From Aquabacterium sp. A7-Y (GTDB lineage: Bacteria > Pseudomonadota > Gammaproteobacteria > Burkholderiales > Burkholderiaceae_C), in assembly GCF_026153205.1 (NCBI RefSeq), contig NZ_JAPFBW010000026.1, positions 32,315-96,314 of the forward strand: DNA of 64,000 bases. The letters run 5' to 3'. Below the pieces are notes generated by a model, which searched no databases, was not told the DNA's origin, and worked only from the letters and a program-made list of their open reading frames with translations. Position numbers and translations under genes: made by a program. This document shows, piece by piece, positions 1 to 8,114 of this stretch (positions are counted from its first letter, which is position 1; each line of letters starts with the position of its first letter).

Positions 1-1
1 C

Positions 2-259
2 GGGCACTGCATGGGAGCGGCCGGGATCATGGAGGCCATCTGCACCGTGCTGACCCTGCAGAAGCAGATCGTCACGCCGACCGCCTTCACGCAGGGCAAC
101 GAGGAGGCCCTGGGCTTCGACCTGGTCTGGGGCCAGCCCCGGCCAGCGACGCTGGCGCACGGCATCTCCCAATCCTTCGGCTTCGGGGGCGCCTGCTCCT
201 GCGTGGTGATGAGCCGTTGGGACGCCTCGCAGCAGGCAGCAAGCGCAGGAGGACATTGA
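2..259 (+). CDS. beta-ketoacyl-ACP synthase (KS), C-terminal end; 5' partial
   Basis: The translation ends with the conserved KS C-terminus (GAAGIMEAI...SFGFGGACSCVV). The reading frame is open to the window start. Confidence 0.7.
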   Translation, partial: GHCMGAAGIMEAICTVLTLQKQIVTPTAFTQGNEEALGFDLVWGQPRPATLAHGISQSFGFGGACSCVVMSRWDASQQAASAGGH

Positions 260-260
260 G

Positions 261-1457
261 ATGGAACGCGTGGTGATCACCGGGCTCGGCGTCGTCGGCC
301 CTCATGGGGTCGGCCTGGCCCCCCTGCTCGATGCCGAGCGGGTGCAGGGCACCAGCTTCAGCGCCTGGCCGGCCAATGTGGCCCGGCCGCATGACGAGGC
401 CCTCGTGGCCCAGGTGTCGGACCTGCAGGCGCGGCGCTACTTCACCGAGCGCCAGATGCGCCTGGCGGACCGCGCCATGCTGCTGGCCTCCTCGGCCGCC
501 GGCCTGGCCATCGAGGACGCCGGCCTGCACGGGCAGGAGGCCCTGCTGCGCGAGGCCTGCACCTTCCTGGGCACGGCGCGCGCCGAGCTGCCCTCCTGCT
601 ACCAGTTCCTGCGCCCGCAGCTCAACGAGCCGCGCGAGCAGCTCAACGCGGCCGACTTCCCCAGGATCGCGCGCAACATCGCCTGCGGCCAGGTGGCCAT
701 CCGCTTCGGCCTGCAGGGTCCCAGCACGGTGCTGGCCTCCGGGCCGCTGTCCTCGCTGGAGGCGGCCACCCGGGCCGCGCGCTACATCCGCACCGGCCGT
801 GCCACGCATGCCCTGGTGGGCGGCTTCGAGGCCCTGTCACGCTTCGCGCTGTACCACTTCAGCCAGCACCAGCGCGCCCACCTGCAGGCGCGGCATCCCG
901 CCTTCTTCGGCACGGACCCGGGCCTGCTGGTGCCCTCCGAGGGTGCCTGCATGCTGATGCTGGAGTCGCTCAGCTCGGCGCGGGCCCGTGGCGCGCGCAT
1001 CCATGCCGAGATCGAGGGCTGGTGCGCCGGCCGGGTCGGTGATGACGAGAACGCGGCCGAGGTCCTGGCCGAGCGCTGGCAGGCCCTGTCGGCCGGGCAG
1101 GAGCCGCGGGTGCTCGCGCTGTCCTCCGGCGGCGCGACCCGCGCGCATGAGCGGGCCGAGAGCGCAGCGCTGCCGGCCTGGTGCCAGCGCCATCCGCAGG
1201 CCGCCGTGATGGCGCCGCGGGCGCTGGTGGGCGAGGGCGATGCCTGGGCCTCGGCCCTGCAGCTGGCCCTGGCCGCGAACCTGCTGGGCCAGCGCGAGTC
1301 GCTGCCCCTGCATTCGCTGGCCCCCTCGGCCGACGCCTCGGTGCAGCGTGCCGCGAGCGCCCGGCCCCTGCACGGCGACCTGGCTGTGGTCAGCGCGATG
1401 AACGAAACCCTGCACTACAGCATGCTGTCCCTGCGGCGCCCCCCCTCGGAGGCCTGA
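261..1457 (+). CDS. KS-like protein lacking the active-site Cys (chain-length-factor-like partner)
   Basis: KS fold (VVITGLGVV...). The catalytic-Cys position reads GPLSSLEA instead of ACSSSL, and the HGTGT motif is absent. It starts 2 nt after the upstream KS gene. Confidence 0.7.
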   Translation: MERVVITGLGVVGPHGVGLAPLLDAERVQGTSFSAWPANVARPHDEALVAQVSDLQARRYFTERQMRLADRAMLLASSAAGLAIEDAGLHGQEALLREACTFLGTARAELPSCYQFLRPQLNEPREQLNAADFPRIARNIACGQVAIRFGLQGPSTVLASGPLSSLEAATRAARYIRTGRATHALVGGFEALSRFALYHFSQHQRAHLQARHPAFFGTDPGLLVPSEGACMLMLESLSSARARGARIHAEIEGWCAGRVGDDENAAEVLAERWQALSAGQEPRVLALSSGGATRAHERAESAALPAWCQRHPQAAVMAPRALVGEGDAWASALQLALAANLLGQRESLPLHSLAPSADASVQRAASARPLHGDLAVVSAMNETLHYSMLSLRRPPSEA

Positions 1458-1461
1458 AGCC

Positions 1462-2247
1462 ATGACGAATTCAGCATCCACTCCCGCCGCCCCGGCGGAG
1501 CGCGCGGTCCTGGTGACCGGCGGCAGCCGCGGCATCGGCCGGGCGGCCTGCGTGGCGCTCGCCGACCTGGGGCAGGTCATCTACGTCAACTATGCGCGCG
1601 ACCGTGCCGCGGCCGACGCCACCTGCGCGCTGGTGGAGCAGGCGGGCGGACGCGCCCGTCCGCTGCAGGGCGCGGTCGAGGACCCGGCCGCCGTGCAGGC
1701 CATGTTCGAGCAGATCCGTGCCGACGGCCACTGGGTCCACACTCTGGTGAACAACGCCGGCATCGTGGCGGACAACATGGCCGCAATGATGACCCTGGAG
1801 CAGTGGCGCTCGGTGCTGTCCACCAACCTGGACGGCGCCTTCCACTGCACGCGGGCAGCGCTGTCGACCATGTCGGTGCGCAAAGCCGGCAGCATCGTCA
1901 ATGTGGCGTCGGTCAGCGGCCTGCGCGCCCAGCCAGGGCAGATCAACTACGCGGCCTCCAAGGCCGGCCTGATGGCCATGACCCGCGGCCTGGCCCGCGA
2001 GATGGGCCGCTACGGCGTGCGCGTCAACGCGGTGGCGCCGGGCTTCATCGAGACCGACATGCTGGAGAGCGTCAAGAGCAGCGAGCGCGGCCAGGCCATG
2101 CTCGACGAGGCCCTGAAACAGCAGGCCGCCCTGCGCCGCGCCGGCAAGCCCAAGGAGGTGGCCTCGGTCATCCGCTTCCTGTGCTCCCCCGCATCCAGCT
2201 ACGTCACCGGCCAGACGATCGTGGTCGATGGAGGTCTCAGTGTCTGA
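1462..2247 (+). CDS. fabG: 3-oxoacyl-ACP reductase (SDR family, FabG-like)
   Basis: [10 protein letters not shown] glycine-rich motif and NNAG; catalytic YAASKAG. About 260 aa. Confidence 0.85.
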   Translation: MTNSASTPAAPAERAVLVTGGSRGIGRAACVALADLGQVIYVNYARDRAAADATCALVEQAGGRARPLQGAVEDPAAVQAMFEQIRADGHWVHTLVNNAGIVADNMAAMMTLEQWRSVLSTNLDGAFHCTRAALSTMSVRKAGSIVNVASVSGLRAQPGQINYAASKAGLMAMTRGLAREMGRYGVRVNAVAPGFIETDMLESVKSSERGQAMLDEALKQQAALRRAGKPKEVASVIRFLCSPASSYVTGQTIVVDGGLSV

Positions 2248-4318
2248 TCTGCGCGATTTGCCCCTCGATATGCGGCCCCTGCTGCACCGGCTCTTCCAGC
2301 CCATCCGCATCAACCGCCTGGAGCTGCGCAACCGCAGCATGATGAGCTCCATCCACCTCAACCTGGAGGAGTTTCCGGACCAGTTCGAGCGCATGGCGCA
2401 TTTCTACCGGCTGCGCGCCCGCCATGGCGCCGGCCTGATCGTGACCTCGGGTTGCGCGCCCGACGTGGCCGGCGCCTTCGCCAAGGACGGCTTCTCGCTG
2501 AAGTCCGATGCCGAGCTGCCGGCGCACCGCCTGCTGACCGAGGCCGTGCATGCCGAGGGCGGCCACATCGCGCTGCAGATCATGCACTTCGGCCGCGAGG
2601 CCGTGCACGGGCACCTGGTCTCGGCCTCGCCGCTGAAGCTGGCCTCCAGCATCTTCTCGCCGCGCCAGATGGAGGAGGAGGAAATCCTGACCCTGATCGG
2701 CGCCTATGCCGACTGCGCACAGCGCGCCATCGAGGCGGGCTACGACGCCATCGAGCTGATCTACTCGCAGGGCTTCCTGATCCACCAGTTCCTGGCGCGC
2801 GGCACCAACCAGCGCGAGGACCGCTGGGGCGGCTCTCTGGAGAACCGCATGCGCCTGGCGATCGAGGTGGCCAAGGCCGTGCGGGAGCGGGTGGGGCCGG
2901 ACTATCCGGTGATCTTCCGCATCCCCTGCATGGACCTGTTCGAGGGCGGCCTGGACACCGAGGAGGCCTTGGCCCTGATCGAGGCCCTGCTGCCCTACGG
3001 CATCGACCTGCTCAGCGTCAGCATCGGCTGGCACGACTCCTACGTGCCCACGATCGCGATGACCGCGCCGCGGGCCGCCTTCGCCACCGCCACGCGTCTG
3101 GTGCGCCAGCGCTTCCCGGCGCTGAAGCTGTGCGCCAGCAACCGCATCAACGACCCGCGCGTGGCCGAGTCCCTGCTGCTGGACGGCAGCGCCGACATGG
3201 TGGCCATGGCACGCCCCTTCCTGGCGGATGCGGCCTTCATGGACAAGGCCCTGCGCAACGACTTCGACGGCATCAACCCCTGCATCGCCTGCAACCAGAA
3301 CTGCCTGGACTACGTCTTCGCGGGCCAGCCGGTGGGCTGCAGCACCAATCCGCAGTCGGTGCGTCCGGAGGAGGGCCACTACGCCCCCCTGGCGCAGGCG
3401 GTGGACGTGGCCGTGGTGGGCGGCGGCATCGGGGGCATGGCGGCCGCGCTGTTCCTGCGCCGCCGCGGGGCGCGCGTGACCCTGTTCGAGTCCTCGCAGG
3501 CCCTGGGCGGCCAGCTGCTGATGGCGGGCGAGATCCCGGACAAGCGCGAGTTCGCCGGCACCGTGCGCTACTACGGCCAGGCACTGCGGCGCGAGGGCGT
3601 GGAGGTGCTGCTGGGACGCGCCTTCCAGCCCGCCGACGCCCAGCGCTTCGGCCACGTGGTGGTGGCCACCGGCTGCGCGCCGCGCCTGCCCCAGGACCTG
3701 CCGGGCACCGACCTGCCTCATGTGCGCCAGTACAGCGATGTGCTGGCCCAGCAGCTGCCGGTGCTGCCGCCGGTGGTCATCATCGGCGGCGGCGGCGTGG
3801 CCTGCGACATGGCCAAGTACGTCAAGAAGCGCCACGACGAGCGCGAGCACGAGGCCTGGCAGTACCTGAGCAGCCGGGCCGAGCCCGGGAGCCTGCAGGC
3901 CTTCGCCGCCCCCGAGGCGTCCAGTGCCGCGCCGGTGACCCTGGTGCAGCGCAGCAGCCGCAAGTTCGCCATGCGCCTGGGCCGCACCACGCGCTGGATC
4001 CAGATCAAGGACCTGCAGCGTCTGGGCGTCGTGATGCGCAACCGGCTGGAGATCCAGGAGATCACCGCCGAGGGCGTGCGCATCCTGGACAAGAAGACCC
4101 AAGCCGTCGAGCTGCTGCCGGCCCGCACCGTGATCCTGGCCGCCGGCCACCAGCCGCGCAGCGAGCTGGTGCAGGCCCTGGTCGAGCGCGAGGTGCCGCA
4201 CAGCGTGATCGGCTCGACGGCGCTGGAGGCCGACGAGCGGGCAGTGACCAACATCAGCTCGGTCATCGCCTCCGCCTACGAGTTCGCGATGGCCTTCGGG
4301 AACGCCGCGCATGGATGA
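2228..4318 (+). CDS. 2,4-dienoyl-CoA reductase-like NADH:flavin oxidoreductase (OYE TIM barrel, 4Fe-4S motif, FAD/NAD(P)-binding domain)
   Basis: OYE-like N-terminus, [10 protein letters not shown] Fe-S motif and [14 protein letters not shown] dinucleotide fold. This is the FadH architecture. The start is uncertain (ATG 2228 overlapping fabG, or ATG 2273). Confidence 0.75.
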   Translation: MEVSVSDLRDLPLDMRPLLHRLFQPIRINRLELRNRSMMSSIHLNLEEFPDQFERMAHFYRLRARHGAGLIVTSGCAPDVAGAFAKDGFSLKSDAELPAHRLLTEAVHAEGGHIALQIMHFGREAVHGHLVSASPLKLASSIFSPRQMEEEEILTLIGAYADCAQRAIEAGYDAIELIYSQGFLIHQFLARGTNQREDRWGGSLENRMRLAIEVAKAVRERVGPDYPVIFRIPCMDLFEGGLDTEEALALIEALLPYGIDLLSVSIGWHDSYVPTIAMTAPRAAFATATRLVRQRFPALKLCASNRINDPRVAESLLLDGSADMVAMARPFLADAAFMDKALRNDFDGINPCIACNQNCLDYVFAGQPVGCSTNPQSVRPEEGHYAPLAQAVDVAVVGGGIGGMAAALFLRRRGARVTLFESSQALGGQLLMAGEIPDKREFAGTVRYYGQALRREGVEVLLGRAFQPADAQRFGHVVVATGCAPRLPQDLPGTDLPHVRQYSDVLAQQLPVLPPVVIIGGGGVACDMAKYVKKRHDEREHEAWQYLSSRAEPGSLQAFAAPEASSAAPVTLVQRSSRKFAMRLGRTTRWIQIKDLQRLGVVMRNRLEIQEITAEGVRILDKKTQAVELLPARTVILAAGHQPRSELVQALVEREVPHSVIGSTALEADERAVTNISSVIASAYEFAMAFGNAAHG

Positions 4319-5231
4319 GACCCTGCCGCAGGGCCTGTGGCGCCTGCCATGGCCCCGCCTGCGCCGCGCGCTGACCGTGGCCGCCCTGCACCTGCACCAG
4401 TTCCTGTGGCTGGGGGTCTTCCTCGTCCCCTTCCAGCTGGGGCTGCTGCTGGCAGCCCTGGTGCTGGGCATGGTGCTGGTGATCGGCGTGGAGATGGGCC
4501 ACCACCGCTACTTCTCGCACCGCAGCTTCCGCGTCGGGCGCGGCTTCCAGTGCGTGATCGCGCTGTGGGCCTCGGCCTCCTTCGAGCGCGGCATCCTGTG
4601 GTGGGCCAGCATGCACCGCCTGCACCACCGCCATTCGGACACGCCCCTGGACCCGCACACGCCCCTGCGCCGCGCGGGCGGCGGCTTCCTGCATGCCTAC
4701 CTGCGCTGGGCTGTGCACCCGCGCAATGCCGAGCCGGACTACCGCCTCGTCAAGGACCTGCTGGCCTATCCCGAGCTGCGCTTCATCGGCCAGTTCCCCT
4801 ATCTGGTCAGCGCCGCCTATGCGGGTCTGGCCTGGGGCCTGGGCGCCGCGGGCTGGGTGGGCAGCTCGGGCCTGCAGACCTGGGTTTGGCTCTATGCCAT
4901 GCCGGTCACGCTGTGCCAGCAGATCATCTCCGCCCAGGCCACGCTGGCCCACGGCGTGCCGCGGCTGCCGGGGTCCTACCAGCCCCTGCCCTGCAAGGAC
5001 GCCTCGCTCAACCACCGCTGGCTGGGCCTGATCTCCACCGGCGGCGGCTTCCATAACAACCACCACCACTTTCCCAGCTCGGCACGGCTGGGTCTGCGGC
5101 CCGGCGAGTGGGACATCAGCTACGGCGCCATCCTGCTGTTCAAGCGCCTGGGCCTGGTGCACTCGATCAACGTGCCACAACGGGCGCTCGACTACGGCCG
5201 CACCGGCCGCATCGGCACCGACCGATCTTGA
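4311..5231 (+). CDS. membrane fatty-acid desaturase (histidine-box di-iron family)
   Basis: His boxes HRYFSH, HRLHHRHSD and HNNHHHFP, plus TM helices. ATGGATGA start/stop overlap with the upstream gene. Confidence 0.8.
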   Translation: MDETLPQGLWRLPWPRLRRALTVAALHLHQFLWLGVFLVPFQLGLLLAALVLGMVLVIGVEMGHHRYFSHRSFRVGRGFQCVIALWASASFERGILWWASMHRLHHRHSDTPLDPHTPLRRAGGGFLHAYLRWAVHPRNAEPDYRLVKDLLAYPELRFIGQFPYLVSAAYAGLAWGLGAAGWVGSSGLQTWVWLYAMPVTLCQQIISAQATLAHGVPRLPGSYQPLPCKDASLNHRWLGLISTGGGFHNNHHHFPSSARLGLRPGEWDISYGAILLFKRLGLVHSINVPQRALDYGRTGRIGTDRS

Positions 5232-5242
5232 GGAGCAGACAG

Positions 5243-6091
5243 ATGTACGAAGAAGGCCGCGCCTACCCGGTTCGCAAGCTGTCCCTGGATCTGCATGCGC
5301 CCGCCCGGCGCCTGTGGTTCGGCGGCGATGCGTTCCGGACCCACTGGTTCAACTCCCTCTCCCAGGGCCTGCCGCTGGCGGAACGTTATGCCTCGGACTG
5401 TGTCAAGGCAGCCATGGCCCATGTCGACGATCCCGAGCTGCTGGAGCGCAGCCGCGACTTCGTCGGCCAGGAGGCCACGCACAGCTTCCTGCACCGCCAG
5501 TGCAACGAGCAGCTGGAGGCCATGGGCCTGCACTACTGGCTCGACGGCTACACGGCCTGGCGCATGAGCAAGGCCCACTGGCTCAGCTGGCGCAGCGGCC
5601 TGGCCCTGACGGTGGCCTGGGAGCACTTCACCACCATCCTGTGCGAGCACACCCTGGCGCATTCCGGCATCGAGTCCGAGGCCGACGAGCCCTACCGGTC
5701 CCTGTGGATGTGGCACTGCGCCGAAGAACTGGAGCATTCGGCCCTCTCGCACGACCTCTACCTCGCCTGCCGAGGGTCCTATCTGCGCATGCTGCTGATC
5801 TACCTGTATGGATCCATGCTCTTCGTGACGGACTTCCTCACCCAGGCCTTCTTCAACATCTACCAGGACGGGCAGCTGTTCAAGCTGGCGACCTGGCGTG
5901 ACGTCGCGCGCTACTTCCTGGGCCGCAAGGGCCTGTTCTGGTATGCGCTGCCGCGCTGGCTGGGATTCCTGCGCCCGGGCTTCCGGACGCCGCGCGGCCA
6001 GCATGCCGCCCTGATCGATGCGGCGCTGGGCGCGCTCAAGGAGCGCCTGCGCATCATCCCCAAGGCCCATGCACAGCGCAGCGCCGCTTGA
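5243..6091 (+). CDS. PF10118-type predicted metal-dependent hydrolase
   Basis: Matches my recollection of the family pattern (FRTHWFNSLS...GQEATHS...WHCAEELEHS). GAGGAG RBS 6 nt upstream of ATG 5243. Confidence 0.65.
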   Translation: MYEEGRAYPVRKLSLDLHAPARRLWFGGDAFRTHWFNSLSQGLPLAERYASDCVKAAMAHVDDPELLERSRDFVGQEATHSFLHRQCNEQLEAMGLHYWLDGYTAWRMSKAHWLSWRSGLALTVAWEHFTTILCEHTLAHSGIESEADEPYRSLWMWHCAEELEHSALSHDLYLACRGSYLRMLLIYLYGSMLFVTDFLTQAFFNIYQDGQLFKLATWRDVARYFLGRKGLFWYALPRWLGFLRPGFRTPRGQHAALIDAALGALKERLRIIPKAHAQRSAA

Positions 6092-6695
6092 GCCGGGCTG
6101 CCTGGCCGTGCATGTGCTGCCGCGCGGGGCCGAGCCCCGGCGCCGGCCAGCCGGCAGCGGGCGCGCCGACCCGCGGGTGAGGGCGCTGCTCGCGGCCTAT
6201 GGCGGCCCGCACCACAACCTCTCGCACAGCGGCGGCTGGCTCTACCTGGCGGTCTCCGGCAGTCCGGTGGGCGTGGACCTGGAAGGCTTTGCCCGCCGTC
6301 GGCATGGCGAGGCCTTCCGCCGCTTCCTGCTGGAGCGGGAGGACCCGCGGGCGGAGCGCGCGCCGGTCGCGCCGGGCTCCCTGGACGAGCAGGCGCTGGC
6401 GGTGCGAGTGTGGTCCCGGCTGGAGGCCCTGACCAAGTGCGAGGGCCAGGGCCTCGACGGCGCGCTGGACCACCTGCGCGTGCCCGCCGGGCCGCTGCCA
6501 GAGCCCTGGTGCGTCGACACCGCACAGGGCCCGCGCTGGCTGCTGGACCTGCCCAGCCCTGCGGGCATGGTGGCCAGCCTGGCCAGCCCGGTCCGCCCCC
6601 GGCATGTCCGCCTGCATGGCCCCGACGACGCGGCGGGCGACACGCCGGGACTGGCCCCCTTTCCTGCCAATGGCATTGATGACTTTCAACAGTGA
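6069..6695 (+). CDS. 4'-phosphopantetheinyl transferase (Sfp/EntD type)
   Basis: LSHSGGW...GVDLE and W..LEALTKCEGQGL motifs. The start overlaps the upstream gene by 23 nt. Confidence 0.7.
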   Translation: MHSAAPLEPGCLAVHVLPRGAEPRRRPAGSGRADPRVRALLAAYGGPHHNLSHSGGWLYLAVSGSPVGVDLEGFARRRHGEAFRRFLLEREDPRAERAPVAPGSLDEQALAVRVWSRLEALTKCEGQGLDGALDHLRVPAGPLPEPWCVDTAQGPRWLLDLPSPAGMVASLASPVRPRHVRLHGPDDAAGDTPGLAPFPANGIDDFQQ

Positions 6696-6700
6696 AAACG

Positions 6701-7867
6701 ATGCAAGCTGAGCGTGATTCCGCAGCCGGCCACTGGCCGCCTCCCGCCCTGCTATGGATGAGCGGGCTGACTGTACCCATGACCGTGGTGGCGTCCTTCC
6801 TCTGGGCGGCCCATGCGCGCCAGCCCGGCTGGGTCTGGCTGGTGCCGGCGCTGATCTACATCGTCATCCCGCTGGGCGACTGGCTGGTGGGCGTGAACCG
6901 GCGCAATCCGACGGCGGCGCAGAAGCAGTCGCGGAGCGCCGAGCGCTGGAGCCGCTGGGCGGTCGAGCTCTTCGTGCCCCTGCAGCTGGCCAGCGTGCTG
7001 GCCGGGGCCTGGCTGGTCTCCGTGCTGGAGCTGCCGCTCTGGGCGCTGCTGGGCGCCGGCCTGGCCGTGGGCAGCGTCAATGGCGTGGGCTTCATCGCCT
7101 CGCACGAGCTGCTGCATCGCCGCTCGCGCTGGGCGCAGTGGGGCGCGCGCTGGGCGCTGGCACCCACCTTGTACGGCCACTTCATGGCCGAGCATGTGCG
7201 CGGCCACCACAAGGCCGTGTGCACCCCGCCCGATCCCACCAGCTCGCGCATGGGCGAGAACTATTGGCGTTATCTCGTGCGCGCCCTGGTCACGGGCTTC
7301 CAGTCGGCCTGGCACATCGAGGCGCAGCGCCTGGGCAAGAAGGGCAAGCCGGTGTGGTCGCTGGAGAACGAGAACTTCCTGGCCTGGTCCGCCTCGCTGC
7401 TGCTGTTCGGAGGCCTGCTCCTGGCCTTCGGCTGGAGCATCCTGCCCTTCCTGCTGCTGCAGGCCGCCTATGGCGTCGTGCTGCTGGAGGTCACCAACTA
7501 CATCGAGCACTACGGCATGCTGCGCAAGAAGCTGCCCAACGGCGAGTACGAGCGCTTCACCCACGCCCATGCCTGGGACAGCAACCACCTGGTCTGCTCG
7601 CTCTTCATCTACCAGCTGCAGCGCCATGCGGACCACCATGTGAATCCCAACCGGCCCTACCACCTGCTGCAGTCCGAGGCCCAGACCCCGCAGCTGCCGG
7701 CCAGCTACGTCACCCTGATGCTGGTGGCCTATGTGCCGCCGCTGTGGTTCCGCCTGATGAACCCCATGGTCATCCGTCACCATGGCGGCGACCTCAGCCT
7801 CGCCAATGTGGACCCGCGCAAGCGCGAGCAGATGATGGCCCTGGCGGCCCGCTGGGAGCAGGCATGA
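6701..7867 (+). CDS. AlkB-like integral-membrane di-iron hydroxylase/desaturase
   Basis: HELLHR, EHVRGHH, NYIEHYG and LQRHADHH motifs. The ORF track starts at GTG 6692; ATG 6701 is more likely. Confidence 0.75.
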   Translation: MQAERDSAAGHWPPPALLWMSGLTVPMTVVASFLWAAHARQPGWVWLVPALIYIVIPLGDWLVGVNRRNPTAAQKQSRSAERWSRWAVELFVPLQLASVLAGAWLVSVLELPLWALLGAGLAVGSVNGVGFIASHELLHRRSRWAQWGARWALAPTLYGHFMAEHVRGHHKAVCTPPDPTSSRMGENYWRYLVRALVTGFQSAWHIEAQRLGKKGKPVWSLENENFLAWSASLLLFGGLLLAFGWSILPFLLLQAAYGVVLLEVTNYIEHYGMLRKKLPNGEYERFTHAHAWDSNHLVCSLFIYQLQRHADHHVNPNRPYHLLQSEAQTPQLPASYVTLMLVAYVPPLWFRLMNPMVIRHHGGDLSLANVDPRKREQMMALAARWEQA

Positions 7868-7870
7868 GAC

Positions 7871-8114
7871 CCGCCAGGCCGCCCCGAAGGCGCTCGCACC
7901 GCAGTGCGCAGCACGGAGGTTACCCAATGAGCCCCGCCCGGCCGCCCCGAAGGGGCTCGCACCGCAGTGCGCAGCACGGAGGTTACCCAATGAGCCCCGC
8001 CCGGCCGCCCCGAAGGGGCTCGCACCGCAGTGCGCAGCACGGAGGTTACCCAATGAGCCCCGCCCGGCCGCCCGAAGGGGCTCGCATCGCAGTGCGAAGC
8101 ACGGAGGTTACCCA
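7871..8114. repeat. tandem repeat, 4 copies of a 62-63-bp unit, each containing GGAGG plus ATGAGC (the ribosome-binding site and start codon of the downstream gene)
   Basis: Direct reading: ATG at 7927, 7990, 8053 and 8115 with identical preceding ...gcaccgcagtgcgcagcacggaggttacccaATGagc. The last copy is 62 nt. Confidence 0.9.

Noticed and set aside
2237-4471. 744-aa minus-strand ORF covering the FadH-like gene
   Set aside because: Antisense open frame typical of 67%-GC DNA. Its translation is low-complexity Ala/Gly/Arg/His-rich with no domain. The plus-strand gene has clear OYE, Fe-S and FAD motifs.
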